NCBI GenBank assembly: GCA_009886115.1 | Contig: VFJJ01000111.1 | Coordinates: 1-64,000, forward strand | Direction of reading: 5' to 3' | DNA: 64,000 nucleotides | Source of the DNA: Actinomycetota bacterium | GTDB taxonomy: Bacteria > Actinomycetota > Acidimicrobiia > IMCC26256 > VFJJ01 | Shown here: positions 38,138 through 48,281 of the stretch, in pieces | How positions within the stretch are numbered: position 1 is the stretch's first letter | Layout: every line of letters starts with the position of its first letter | The notes under the pieces: generated by a model | What the model was told of the DNA's origin: nothing | Databases searched by the model: none | The model's input: only the letters and a program-made list of their open reading frames with translations | Translations under genes and position numbers: made by a program

Positions 38138-39526
38138 AGAGCCTTCCATCTCCAGCTCGATCAACCGCGACAGCTCCACGGCGTACTCCATGGGCAGCGT
38201 CTTGGTGACCGGCTCGATGAACCCGTTGACGATCATGGCGACGGCCGCCTGCTCCGACAGCCCTCGACTCATCAGGTAGAAGAGCTGATCCTCGCCCACC
38301 TTCGACACCGAGGCCTCGTGCCCGACGTTGGCGTCGTGCTCGTTGATCTCCATGTAGGGGTACGTGTCGGACCGGCTGTGGTCGTCGAGGATGAGCGCGT
38401 CGCAGGTGACGCGGCTCTTGGCGTGGTGGGCGCCGGGCTCGACCCGGACGAGCCCGCGGTAGGTGGTGCGGCCGCCATCCTTGCTGATCGACTTGGAGTT
38501 GATGAGCGAGGTCGTCTCGGGGGCGGCGTGCACCATCTTGGCCCCGGCGTCCTGGTGCATCCCGGCGCCGGCGTAGGCGATCGAGAGCACCTCGCCGTGA
38601 GCCTTGGGTCCCATGAGCCACACGGCCGGGTACTTCATGGTGAGCTTGGAGCCGATGTTGCCGTCGATCCACTCGACGGTGGCCTCGGCGTCGGCTCGGG
38701 CCCGCTTGGTGACCAGGTTGTACACGTTCGGCGACCAGTTCTGGATGGTCGTGTAGCGGATGCGAGATCCTGGCAATGCCACCAGCTCGACGACCGCTGA
38801 ATGCAAGGCATCGGTCGTCCAGACCGGAGCCGAGCACCCTTCCACGTAGTGCACCGACGAGCCCTCGTCAGCGATGATGAGCGTCCGTTCGAACTGGCCG
38901 GCGTTCTCGGAGTTGATCCGGAAATATGCCTGCAATGGCATGTCGACGTGCACGCCCGGGGGCACATAGATGAACGACCCCCCCGACCACACGGCCGAGT
39001 TGAGGGCGGCGAACTTGTTGTCTCCAGGCGGGATGAGCGTACCCATGTACTTCTGCACGAGCTCCGGATGGTCGCGCACCGCGGAATCCATATCGGTGAA
39101 AAGAATCCCGAGACTCTCGAGATCTTCACGATTCCGGTGGTACACCACTTCGCTTTCGTACTGTGCAGTGACACCGGCGAGGAACTTGCGTTCTGCTTCG
39201 GGGATCCCGAGCTTCTCGTAGGTGTTCTTCACGTTGTCTGGGAGCATGTCCCAGTTGTTGACCTGGCCGTCGGTGGGCTTGATGTAGTAGTAGATGTCCT
39301 GGAAGTCGATGTCGGGCATGTTCTGCGCGAACCACGACAGCATGGGCTTGCGCTCGAAGGTCTTGAGCGACCGGAGCCGGAACTTCAGCATCCAGTCGGG
39401 CTCGCCCTTCATCTCCGACATCTCGCGCACGACCGCTTCGGAGAGCCCCTTCTTGGGCTTGAAGACGTAATTCTCCTCGTCGTGCCAACCGAGCTGGTAG
39501 CGGCCGAGGTCGATCGCCTGGGTCAT
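38129..39526 (-). CDS. sufB: Fe-S cluster assembly protein SufB
   Basis: [33 protein letters not shown]. Confidence 0.97.
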   Translation of the reverse strand: MTQAIDLGRYQLGWHDEENYVFKPKKGLSEAVVREMSEMKGEPDWMLKFRLRSLKTFERKPMLSWFAQNMPDIDFQDIYYYIKPTDGQVNNWDMLPDNVKNTYEKLGIPEAERKFLAGVTAQYESEVVYHRNREDLESLGILFTDMDSAVRDHPELVQKYMGTLIPPGDNKFAALNSAVWSGGSFIYVPPGVHVDMPLQAYFRINSENAGQFERTLIIADEGSSVHYVEGCSAPVWTTDALHSAVVELVALPGSRIRYTTIQNWSPNVYNLVTKRARADAEATVEWIDGNIGSKLTMKYPAVWLMGPKAHGEVLSIAYAGAGMHQDAGAKMVHAAPETTSLINSKSISKDGGRTTYRGLVRVEPGAHHAKSRVTCDALILDDHSRSDTYPYMEINEHDANVGHEASVSKVGEDQLFYLMSRGLSEQAAVAMIVNGFIEPVTKTLPMEYAVELSRLIELEMEGSVG

Positions 39527-39590
39527 GACGATGCTCCTGTGCTGGCGGACGGGATTTCCACTACGCAGATAGTAACAACTCCATCGGCCG

Positions 39591-39616
39591 ATTCCCACTA
39601 CGCCGGTAGGGGAAAT
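39591..39616 (-). promoter_or_regulatory. Palindromic operator upstream of sufB, with a second partial site at 39554-39579
   Basis: Minus strand reads atttcccctaccggcgtagtgggaat, matching 23118-23143. Confidence 0.7.
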
Positions 39617-39708
39617 CCCGGAGCCCCCGAGAACGGACATGCCGGCTCTCGGCCCGCCCACCTGCGGGTATCCACCAACACCGCCGGCGACCGGCGTACT
39701 CTGCCGAC

Positions 39709-40296
39709 ATGCTCACCGAGAGGCGGCGACGGGTGCTCGAGGCCGTATCGCCTCGGCGCGGCGTCGCCCGCCGCCACGAGGCTCCGCCCTGGCACGAGCT
39801 CGTCGCCCCGCCCGACGCTGCTCCGCGCCGGCCCGGCCAACCGCTCGATGTCAAGCTGATCGGTCCGCCGTCAGACCCGTCCGACCGGTCCCGCCGGGCG
39901 AGCGGTCTCATCAGCGTGTATCGAGCCGAGGGCCACGAGGGTGCGACGGCCGCGGTCAGCGACTCGTTGCCCCGATTGGCGCCGACACCCGAGATACCGA
40001 AGCCGCTCCCGGCGAGCGTCCGGAACCTCGAGCGCTCCGTGGTGGCGTTGGGGATGCGCACCGAGGCCCTGGCCGTCAGCCTCGACCGGCTCGACGGTTA
40101 CCTCTCGAAGCTGCTCACCGACGTGATGGAAACCCGGAATCGACTGCGGGCCACCGCCACCTCGGCCGTGGTGAGCGAAGCCGAGCACCGCCTCCGCCGC
40201 CTCCACGGCCAGCTCCAGCGGGTCGACAACCATCTGCGCACCACGGATCTCGCCGACCCACACTCCGAAATGTGCGCGGAAATACTCACTGGGTGA
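39709..40296 (+). CDS. Hypothetical protein with C-terminal coiled coil
   Basis: TACTCT 6 nt before ATG; helical heptad-like C-terminal half. Confidence 0.6.
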   Translation: MLTERRRRVLEAVSPRRGVARRHEAPPWHELVAPPDAAPRRPGQPLDVKLIGPPSDPSDRSRRASGLISVYRAEGHEGATAAVSDSLPRLAPTPEIPKPLPASVRNLERSVVALGMRTEALAVSLDRLDGYLSKLLTDVMETRNRLRATATSAVVSEAEHRLRRLHGQLQRVDNHLRTTDLADPHSEMCAEILTG

Positions 40297-40317
40297 GCGA
40301 TTCCGCGCACATTTGGG
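40265..40317. repeat. REP-like palindromic element, copy 2
   Basis: ccgaaatgtgcgcggaaatactcactgggtgagcgattccgcgcacatttggg. Confidence 0.85.
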
Positions 40318-40333
40318 GTGGGGTCGCAGTCTC

Positions 40334-43300
40334 CTAGGCGCTGATCGTCGACGACGCCGTGGGCTGCGAGCTCGTGGTGGCTCCGCTGGTCGTGGTCGTT
40401 GCACCAGAGCGTGTGGTCGTGCTCGCCGAGCGCGTCGACGACGTGGCCGTCGACGACGTGGCCGATGTGCTCGTGGTGGCTCCGCTGGTCGTCGATGGCG
40501 TCGACGATGCCCCGCCGGAGCGGTTGAGCGCGTCGTTGACGTACGTCCTGGCGAGCTCGATCTGCTGCTGGTACGTGCCGAGATCGCCACCATCGAGTGC
40601 CGTCTGGGCAGCAGCGAAGGCGCCGTCGGCCAAGCGCAACAGCTCCTCCACGGTCTCGTCGCCCGTCGTGACCGGAGGCGGCGGCGGTGAACCGGGCGTC
40701 GGCGGGGGTGCGGGAGGACCGGGCGGCGCCGGGGCGGGCGGCGTCCCGTCAACCACAGGCACGTCGCACGTCTCGATCGAGGCGAACTCGGGGAAGCTCT
40801 TGAGCGCCTCGCACAGCGACGACTTCATCACTGCCCCGTCCTTGTAGAACACGGCAACGAATCGAAGGCCGGGGAACTGGGTCTGGCCTTCCGCCTTGAG
40901 GTACACGGGCCGGATGTACAGGATCGAATTCCCGACCGGCACGAGCTGGAGGTTACCCAACTCGACCGAGGAGCCGTTCCCTGCTTGGTTGAGCAAGGTC
41001 AACGTCTCGGAGATCGCTTCGGTGGTCAGGATCTCGTTGCTGGCCTGGGCGGGGCCGAAAACGCGCGGCGTCGCTGGCATCGTATAGGCGCTGATCTCGC
41101 CGTAGCGCTCAGGATCGGAGCGCGCCACCAAGAACGAGACCAGGTTCTGGATACCCCCGTCCTGAGAGACAGGAACAAGCGGCTGCATGATCACATACTG
41201 CTCATCCGGCTCCCCCGGGAGGCGCGTCAGCAGGTAGTACGGGTCCATCCGGTCGGCGGTATTGCTCTCGATCGAGATCGCCTGGCCACCGGCCGTCACC
41301 TCGGTCAGGGGAACGACCCCGCCACCTCCAACACTCCCGCGGAGCGGACCGGTGTCGGGGTCCTGCGCAATAGACCACTGGTCGGAACGGTTGTAGAAGC
41401 CTGCCGGGTCGGTGACGTGGTACGAGGCGAAGATCCCCGACTGCACGCGGAACAGGTCCTCAGGATAACGGAGGTGCTCATTGAGCCCGGCCGGCATCGA
41501 CTCCGGAGAGGTGAACAGGTCGGGGAAGGCATCACGCCAGGCCCGAATCACGGGGTCGCTCTCGTCTACCAAGTAGAACCGCATCGAGCCGTCGTACGAG
41601 TCGACGGTGATCTTCACCGAGTTGCGAACGTAGTTGAACCGTTGGCTGAGCCCGCTGCCGCTCGGCAATCCTCCTGGCACGACAGCCTGGGCGTACGGAT
41701 AGCTCTCAGTGGTCGTATAAGCATCGAGGACCCACACCACCCGGCCGCTCTCGATGATGACGGGGTAGGGGTCGGCGTCGAGCTCGAGGAAGGGTGCCAG
41801 ATCGCGTACCCGGTCGCGGATGTCTCGCTTGATGAGGATACGCGATTCGTCATCGAGGTCGCCCGACAGGAACAATCGGGCATCGAGGAACCGCAAAGCG
41901 AACGCTGTCCGCCGGAAGATGCTCGAGAGCTCGATCCCTCCGCTCCCGGCGTAAGCCGCGGACCCCGTGGCGGTGTCGAGCCCAGGGTCGAACTCGGGGA
42001 GCGCGGTGTTGACCACCGCGTAGTCGTCGAGACGTTCGCCGTAGTACAGGCCCTTCTGATCGAGGGTGATCTCCGGGACCGAGCTGGTCGGAGGCAGATC
42101 CTTGACGAGGAACTCCGGGAGACCACCGTCAGTGACTGCGTTCGCCGGGGCCAGCGCCACGCCTTGACCGTGCGTGTAGACGAGGTGCCTGTTGACCCAC
42201 GACTGGCTCGGAAGCCGATCGAGGTTGATCTCACGCGCAGCGAGGACGGTCTGGGTCAGCTTGCCGTTGATGACGTATCGGTCGACGTCGAGCTGGGAGA
42301 ACCGGTAGAACGCCTTGACCTGCTGGAGGTTCTGCCAGGTGGCGCCCACGAACTCGGGGTCCCAGAGGCGAGCGTTCTGAAGCGTGACGGAGTTCTCGTC
42401 GATGTCTGACGCGGTGAGATCGGCCGAGTAAGGGAACGGTTGCACGTCGATGTCGGCGATGTCGTACGCCGCGCGCGTCGCGTCGATGTTGTAGGCGATG
42501 TACTCGGCCTCACGAGCCTGTTCGCTGGGCTCGACCTTGAAGCGTTGGTAGAGCTGGGGGTAGACGGTGCCGACGGCCAACGAGACGAAGGCCCACAGGC
42601 CGACCGCGATCACGGGTAGAGCGAAGCCGCGCAGGCGGATGTTGACCAGGAACAAGATCACCGCGGCGATCGATATGACGATCAGCAGGCGCAGCGCCGG
42701 GAGCTGCGCGTTCACGTCGGTGGCGGTGGCCCCGTGCACCGCGCCCCGCGTCGAGGTGGTGAGGGCGAAGCGCTCCAGGTAGTACCCCCAGGCCCGCACC
42801 AGCGCGACGAGGGCGAGCAGCACCGACAGATGCACCTTCACCTGGGGGCTGACCCGTTGGAAGGGGCCCTGCACCCGGATGCCGCCGTTCAGGTAGTGAG
42901 CGACGGCCGTCACGATGAGGATGATGATCAGCGACGCGAAGGTCCAGTCGAACACGACCCGATAGAACGGCAGCTTGAAGACGTAGAAGCCGATGTCGCG
43001 GCCGAACTGCGGGTCGTTGACGCCGAAGTCGCCGCCGTGGCGAAAGAGCAGCCACTTCTCCCAGTGCCCGGTGACGCCCACGCCGGCGATGATCGCGAAC
43101 AGCGCCGACAGACCCAGCCGGAGCCGCCCGGCGTACGGTCCGATGAAGCGCCGGTACCGCTCGGTCACGTCTTCCTGGGCGGTGGGGAGGAACCTCGGTG
43201 CGATCCGATCGGCGATCACGAGGTTGCCGAACAACACAACGAAGAACGCGATCATGAAGATCGCAGCGGGAACGAGTCGGGCCTCGATCGACTGCCGCCA

Positions 43301-43468
43301 CACCGAGGTGAGCCCGACCTCGTCGAACCAGAGATAGTCGGTCCAGAAGCCGGCGATGCCCCGCAAGCTCAACAGCAGCACGATCAGGACGACGACGGCG
43401 ACGACGATCGCCACCCGCGACCTGGTGAAGCGCGGCTGACCCCGTTCGCGTGAGCTCGGTACCCTCAT
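40334..43468 (-). CDS. UPF0182 family membrane protein
   Basis: WTDYLWF, DPQFGRDIGFYVFKLPF, HLVYTHG, NYVRNSVK, YPEDLF. Confidence 0.93.
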   Translation of the reverse strand: MRVPSSRERGQPRFTRSRVAIVVAVVVLIVLLLSLRGIAGFWTDYLWFDEVGLTSVWRQSIEARLVPAAIFMIAFFVVLFGNLVIADRIAPRFLPTAQEDVTERYRRFIGPYAGRLRLGLSALFAIIAGVGVTGHWEKWLLFRHGGDFGVNDPQFGRDIGFYVFKLPFYRVVFDWTFASLIIILIVTAVAHYLNGGIRVQGPFQRVSPQVKVHLSVLLALVALVRAWGYYLERFALTTSTRGAVHGATATDVNAQLPALRLLIVISIAAVILFLVNIRLRGFALPVIAVGLWAFVSLAVGTVYPQLYQRFKVEPSEQAREAEYIAYNIDATRAAYDIADIDVQPFPYSADLTASDIDENSVTLQNARLWDPEFVGATWQNLQQVKAFYRFSQLDVDRYVINGKLTQTVLAAREINLDRLPSQSWVNRHLVYTHGQGVALAPANAVTDGGLPEFLVKDLPPTSSVPEITLDQKGLYYGERLDDYAVVNTALPEFDPGLDTATGSAAYAGSGGIELSSIFRRTAFALRFLDARLFLSGDLDDESRILIKRDIRDRVRDLAPFLELDADPYPVIIESGRVVWVLDAYTTTESYPYAQAVVPGGLPSGSGLSQRFNYVRNSVKITVDSYDGSMRFYLVDESDPVIRAWRDAFPDLFTSPESMPAGLNEHLRYPEDLFRVQSGIFASYHVTDPAGFYNRSDQWSIAQDPDTGPLRGSVGGGGVVPLTEVTAGGQAISIESNTADRMDPYYLLTRLPGEPDEQYVIMQPLVPVSQDGGIQNLVSFLVARSDPERYGEISAYTMPATPRVFGPAQASNEILTTEAISETLTLLNQAGNGSSVELGNLQLVPVGNSILYIRPVYLKAEGQTQFPGLRFVAVFYKDGAVMKSSLCEALKSFPEFASIETCDVPVVDGTPPAPAPPGPPAPPPTPGSPPPPPVTTGDETVEELLRLADGAFAAAQTALDGGDLGTYQQQIELARTYVNDALNRSGGASSTPSTTSGATTSTSATSSTATSSTRSASTTTRSGATTTTSGATTSSQPTASSTISA

Positions 43469-43541
43469 CGAGCACCCATCGTAGAGCGCGATCGGGCGCG
43501 ATCCCGAGGCGGCGTCGGAGCGGCCCCCATCACCGCGACGA

Positions 43542-45794
43542 TCACGTCATCGACGCGCGACGGGATCCCACCCTGCGGGACACCTCGTCCGAGGAGCTCG
43601 CCGACCGGGCACCGACCACGAAGCACCGACATCCGGGGTGTGCCGGCGGAAAGGCCTGCCCGGTCGGGAACGGGCATCCCTTGGCGGTGGGCTCGAGCGC
43701 GTTGTCCTCGGCATCGGGGCAGGCGGCCGTCGGATCGACGACCCAGCGCAGCGCGGCGCCCTCGGGGACGGCGTCGTAGCCGCCACGGGCCCATGCGGCG
43801 ACGACCACATCGCGAGACGCGGCGTCGACGCGCTGGGTCTTGAGCTCCCGGTAGTGCGCGCCCAGCCGCTCGCCCACCTGCGACCAGTCGCCGGTGGTGG
43901 GCGCCAGCGCATCCGCGAGGCGCTCACGCAGCGGCAGCACCAGCTCGGACGCGAACGCTGCGGTGAGCTCTCGAGCGACGGCATGGGCATCGACGATCTG
44001 CGAGGCTTCCCCCCCGACCGTGGCGACCCCGGCGCTGTAGGCGTCCTGCACGATGTCGAGGGCCGCCGCCTGGAAGATCCCGAGATGGCGATCGAGCTCG
44101 GGAAGCAGCGTCAGCGCCGGACCGTGCTTCGACCGCCGCAACGCGTGCAACAACTCGTTCTGCTCATCCTGCAGCGAGCGCTTCACCCGCCGAACGAGCC
44201 CGATCACGAGCGGCTCGAGCGCCTCATCGCGCCGGGCCACGAGGACGGCGTCGAACGCGACGTCGACCGTGGTCGGACCGGCGTCGACCGGTGCCTCGGC
44301 GTCCAGGTCGATGGTCACCTCGACCGCCCCGTCGACCGACTGGGGAGCACTGCCGGCGGGCACCGGGGTCTGGTGGCCATCGGAGCTGGTCTGGACCCTG
44401 CTCTCGCGCAACCGCGAGAACAACACGTCGACGGGGTCGGGGATGGTCTCGACCTCGGAGTCGGCAGCCGCCTCGGCTGGCGGCGGCCCACCGGCGTCGA
44501 CCTCGACCTCGACCTCGACGTCGACCTCGACGTCGACCTCGACACCATCGTCCTGTCCCTCGAGCGACGCCGCGTCTTCCAGGGCCACCGCTTGCAGGGC
44601 CACCGCTTCCTGGGCCGTCGGCTCACTCGCCTGCGCGCCCACCTCGACGGACGCCACCTCGACCGGCGTCGGCGCCGCGACCTCGGGCTCGACCCCCGGG
44701 GCTGCTGCGAGCAGCGCCACGAGCGGGGCCAAGGGCTCGGGCTCGACCCCGGCGGCGAGCGCTGCGGCCCGGAGCTGGCCGTCGAAGGCCCTGGTGGGCG
44801 TCGGAGGATCGTCGGCCGCGACCACGGCGATCGGCTGCGTGTCCTCCAGGCCGACGGAACGGACCGGCGTTGTGGGGATCGGGGCCACGTGTCCCATCGC
44901 TGACGAACGGGAGTCGCCGGTGAGTGCCTCTGTCGCCTCGTCGAGGGTCAGCCGGACGATGCGGTAGGCATCGAGCAGCCGATCGCGTCCGGCTCGGAGC
45001 TCGTCGATACGGGCCGTGGCCGCGGCCTTGCGGCGAGCCAGGTCGGTGAGCATCCGCTCCCGGACGGCCTGCGCCTCGACGACCATCTCGCGGCCGGTCG
45101 TTCGAGCGCTCTCGATCTCCAGGACCGACCGCCGCTCGGCTTCGGCCATGAGCTCGCTCGTCCTGAGCTCGGCATCGGTGCGCACCCGTTCGGCGTGGTC
45201 GTCGGCGTCTCGTCGTTCTCGCCGCGCGTACTGGTCGGCCTCGTCCACGATCGCCTGGGCGCGGGCATCGGCCTCGGCGACGGTGTGCTCGAAGGTCGCC
45301 TCGGCCTCGGCCTTCAGGCCCGTGGCGCTCCGTTCGGCCTCGTCACGGATCTCGGCGGCGGCCCCCTCGGCCTGCGCGGTCTTGCGCTCGAGCACGGTGC
45401 GAGCGTCTTCGCGCAGACGCCGAGCCTCGTCCTGCGCCTCACGGACCAGCGCGCTGGCCCGCTCCTCGGCATTGCGCCTGATGTCGTCGGCGGCTTCCTG
45501 CGCCGCACGGAGCACCCGGGTGGTCTCGTCCCCGAGAGCCTGGAGGAGCTGCTCACCCGAGAGGGCAACCCGACCCGCGGCACCCCCGCCTTCGAGCGCA
45601 GCGATCTGGTCCCGGAGCTGGGGCTCGAGCCGTCGAGCCGCCACCAGCTCGGCTCCGACGACCCGGAGCCAATCGCGCACTTCCTGCTCGTCGAGTCCCT
45701 TGCGCGCCGTCGAGAACGAACGGCCGACGATGTCGTCGACCGAGATCTGCCCGGGCGACATCCCGTCTCGGTCAAGCCGGATGTTGGCAGGCAT
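43542..45794 (-). CDS. DivIVA-domain coiled-coil protein with C-terminal phage head morphogenesis (MuF)-like motif
   Basis: DDIVGRSFSTARKGLDEQEVRDWL (DivIVA); long coiled coil; LRW..CPD..PPAHPGCRC. Confidence 0.8.
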   Translation of the reverse strand: MPANIRLDRDGMSPGQISVDDIVGRSFSTARKGLDEQEVRDWLRVVGAELVAARRLEPQLRDQIAALEGGGAAGRVALSGEQLLQALGDETTRVLRAAQEAADDIRRNAEERASALVREAQDEARRLREDARTVLERKTAQAEGAAAEIRDEAERSATGLKAEAEATFEHTVAEADARAQAIVDEADQYARRERRDADDHAERVRTDAELRTSELMAEAERRSVLEIESARTTGREMVVEAQAVRERMLTDLARRKAAATARIDELRAGRDRLLDAYRIVRLTLDEATEALTGDSRSSAMGHVAPIPTTPVRSVGLEDTQPIAVVAADDPPTPTRAFDGQLRAAALAAGVEPEPLAPLVALLAAAPGVEPEVAAPTPVEVASVEVGAQASEPTAQEAVALQAVALEDAASLEGQDDGVEVDVEVDVEVEVEVDAGGPPPAEAAADSEVETIPDPVDVLFSRLRESRVQTSSDGHQTPVPAGSAPQSVDGAVEVTIDLDAEAPVDAGPTTVDVAFDAVLVARRDEALEPLVIGLVRRVKRSLQDEQNELLHALRRSKHGPALTLLPELDRHLGIFQAAALDIVQDAYSAGVATVGGEASQIVDAHAVARELTAAFASELVLPLRERLADALAPTTGDWSQVGERLGAHYRELKTQRVDAASRDVVVAAWARGGYDAVPEGAALRWVVDPTAACPDAEDNALEPTAKGCPFPTGQAFPPAHPGCRCFVVGARSASSSDEVSRRVGSRRASMT

Positions 45795-45956
45795 GGCGAT
45801 TCCCCTTGCGGAGTGTGCCGCGGCACGTGCCCCAGCAGGGGCGCGCGTCCGCGGAACCGAGTTCGGTCCCCATCCTCCGCCTTGGCCCAGACTCATGGTA
45901 CGACGATCGACCGGGGGAATGGCGGACACTTCGCCGATCTCGGCGTCAGCCCGTCA

Positions 45957-47231
45957 TCACCCCCTGAGGATGCCTGCGCACAACTCCTCGGCCTCGGTCA
46001 GCGATGGTAGGCCCGTCGTGTCACCGCCGACGCTCCGGATGACCTCGATCGCTTCGGGAAGGGTGGCCACACCGTAGACGGGCATGTCGCCGGCCTGCTT
46101 CTCGGCCTCGGCCACCTCGCCGAGCGGGACGAGCATGGCGACGGCGCCGGCGCGTCGGGCGGCGACGGCCTTCTGCTTGACGCCGCCAACGTCCTGGATC
46201 TCGCAGTTGATGCCGATGGCCCCGGTGACAGCCACCGTCTGGCCACCGGTGAGCTCGCCCTCGGTGAGCTCGTCGATGAGGCCCAGCGTGAACGCCAAAC
46301 CCGCCGACGGGCCCCCCACCCTGCCGGTGTCGATCGAGATCGTGTACGGAACGTCGATGTCGAAGTCGCGGGTCTGCGGGGCGATCCCGATGATGGCCCG
46401 CCTGACGCCGGTCTCCTCGTCCACGACCTCCCGCAAGGCCACCGACTCGGTGAGCGTCTCGGGCTCGTCCGCATCGGCAATGAAGCGCTCGAACGTGATG
46501 TCCACGACGTCGCCGGGCTGGCGGCCGGCCAGGATCGGCCCGATGTCGGAGTCGATGGCGACGGGCTGCCCGTCGATAGCCACAATCGTGTCCCCCAATG
46601 CCAGCACGGTTGCCGACGGCGCCTCGGGATCGAGATCGACGATGGTCACCCCCGTTCCCTTGAAGCCGAATTCGCGCCCGAGGTACGCCAAGGCCACGAC
46701 CTCGGCCTTGAGCTTCGAGTCGTCGATCTGGAGACGCCCCTGCTCGCGGATCTCCCGGCGCGACTGCCCCCCGGTGAAGCGCTCTTCGGGGACGATGTCG
46801 ACGGTGTCGTCGAGCTTGGCCCGGAGCCACTGGATGCGCCGGAGCCGATCGCTCGAGATCGAGACCGTCAGGTACAAGAATTCGCCCTGGGGCTCGAACG
46901 ACGGCGTCCCTTCGATCGACAGGTGAGGGTTGACCGGCTCGGCCCGGCGGGGCGACACGGCCACGTACTTCGTGGGCAACAGCGCCAGGATCACCAACGC
47001 CAACACCATGGCGACGCCGCTGATCGCCATCACCCGACGCCGGAGATTCCGACGGCGCTCGGCCGGGCTCGGCGTGGGGGCGAAGGCGGGGAACGGCCAC
47101 GGGGACGCGGCTCCGGCCGCTCCGCGGCCGTTCGCACTGTCGTCGATCGTGTCGGTACCGACGGTGTCGCTGGCCGTACCCGTGTTCGACCCGTCGTGGG
47201 CCGCGCCGGTCTCACTCGCGATCTCGGTCAT
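45957..47231 (-). CDS. PDZ + Lon-type protease domain membrane protein (YlbL/SdrC-like)
   Basis: GGPSAGLAF, VAVTGAI, VGGVKQK Ser-Lys dyad; central PDZ. Confidence 0.9.
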   Translation of the reverse strand: MTEIASETGAAHDGSNTGTASDTVGTDTIDDSANGRGAAGAASPWPFPAFAPTPSPAERRRNLRRRVMAISGVAMVLALVILALLPTKYVAVSPRRAEPVNPHLSIEGTPSFEPQGEFLYLTVSISSDRLRRIQWLRAKLDDTVDIVPEERFTGGQSRREIREQGRLQIDDSKLKAEVVALAYLGREFGFKGTGVTIVDLDPEAPSATVLALGDTIVAIDGQPVAIDSDIGPILAGRQPGDVVDITFERFIADADEPETLTESVALREVVDEETGVRRAIIGIAPQTRDFDIDVPYTISIDTGRVGGPSAGLAFTLGLIDELTEGELTGGQTVAVTGAIGINCEIQDVGGVKQKAVAARRAGAVAMLVPLGEVAEAEKQAGDMPVYGVATLPEAIEVIRSVGGDTTGLPSLTEAEELCAGILRG

Positions 47232-47384
47232 CGCTCGCAGTCTCCCAGATCGCCACGAGGCCCCCGGACGCGGGGCGGCAGGTATCGTCCCGTTGTGGCC
47301 CGAAGGATCAGGCAGGAGACGACCCGGCGGTACGCCACGGTCGGCAGTTGGCGTGGATGGGGCGGATGGCGCTTCAACCGACGC

Positions 47385-47537
47385 ATGCCCCGGCTCCACC
47401 TCCTCCCCTGGCCCATCGCGCTCACGCTCCTCGTGGTGCTCACCATCGTCCTGGGGCGCATTCTCGGCAGCGTGGCCATCGAGGTGTTCCGGTACATCGG
47501 CGACTTCGCATCGAAGGCCCTGTCGGGATCGAGATGA
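47385..47537 (+). CDS. Small hydrophobic membrane protein (50 aa)
   Basis: MPRLHLLPWPIALTLLVVLTIVLGRILG...; stop overlaps the next ATG (ATGA). Confidence 0.5.
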   Translation: MPRLHLLPWPIALTLLVVLTIVLGRILGSVAIEVFRYIGDFASKALSGSR

Positions 47538-48271
47538 CCGCGCCCGAGCGCCACCGCGCCATCGACCGGGCCGCCACGATCGCGGCCCTCGGCCACGCCG
47601 GCGCCCAGACCCCAGGTGCCAGCCCCATCGACGACCCGGCCGACAGATCCGCCGACGCCGAGTTGGCGCGGGCGCTCACCGACGACCCCGACGAGCGGGT
47701 CCGGGCCGTCGCCCTCGGAGCGCTCGTGCGCCGGGACGGGAACCGCCAGGGCACGGCGCCCCGACCGGCGACGACGGAGCTGTGGATGCATGCGATCGCC
47801 GACTCGTCGGCCCGGGTGCGCCGCATCGCAGCCGAGGTGGTTCCGGCTGGAGGGTTCCCGGCAGCTCCCCTGCTCGCGCTCCTCGACGATCCCGATGCCC
47901 TGGTGGCCGAGGCGGCCGCCTTCGCCCTCGGTGAGCTCGGCGACGACGCCGTCGAAGCTGGAGCCGTCGGGGCCCTGGCACAGGTGGCTGCTGCGCCTGG
48001 GCACCCCGATCCGCTGGTGCGCGAGGCGGCGATCGCTGCGCTGGGTTCGCTCGGCCATCCTGACGGTCTCGACGCCATCCTGGCGGGGTGTCGCGACCGC
48101 CCAGCGGTCCGGCGCCGCGCGGTGCTGGCGTTGGCGCCGTTCGAGGGCAGCGCAGTCGACGAGGCCATCGAGCGGGCTTCCGTCGACAAGGACTGGCAGG
48201 TCAGGCAGGTGGCAGCCGACCTTCGCGGGGCGACGGGCGGCGGTTCTCGGGCGGAACCACCTGGCGGTTGA
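47534..48271 (+). CDS. HEAT-repeat protein
   Basis: Repeated DPDERVRAVA / DPLVREAAIAALG / DKDWQVRQ units. Confidence 0.85.
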   Translation: MTAPERHRAIDRAATIAALGHAGAQTPGASPIDDPADRSADAELARALTDDPDERVRAVALGALVRRDGNRQGTAPRPATTELWMHAIADSSARVRRIAAEVVPAGGFPAAPLLALLDDPDALVAEAAAFALGELGDDAVEAGAVGALAQVAAAPGHPDPLVREAAIAALGSLGHPDGLDAILAGCRDRPAVRRRAVLALAPFEGSAVDEAIERASVDKDWQVRQVAADLRGATGGGSRAEPPGG

Positions 48272-48281
48272 GCCGAGGTCG

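Noticed and set aside
38129..39526. Intein in SufB
   Set aside because: The protein is normal length (465 aa) with uninterrupted motifs.
43542..43800. Prophage implied by the MuF-like motif
   Set aside because: No terminase, portal, capsid or integrase genes nearby; the motif is in frame within a host DivIVA gene.
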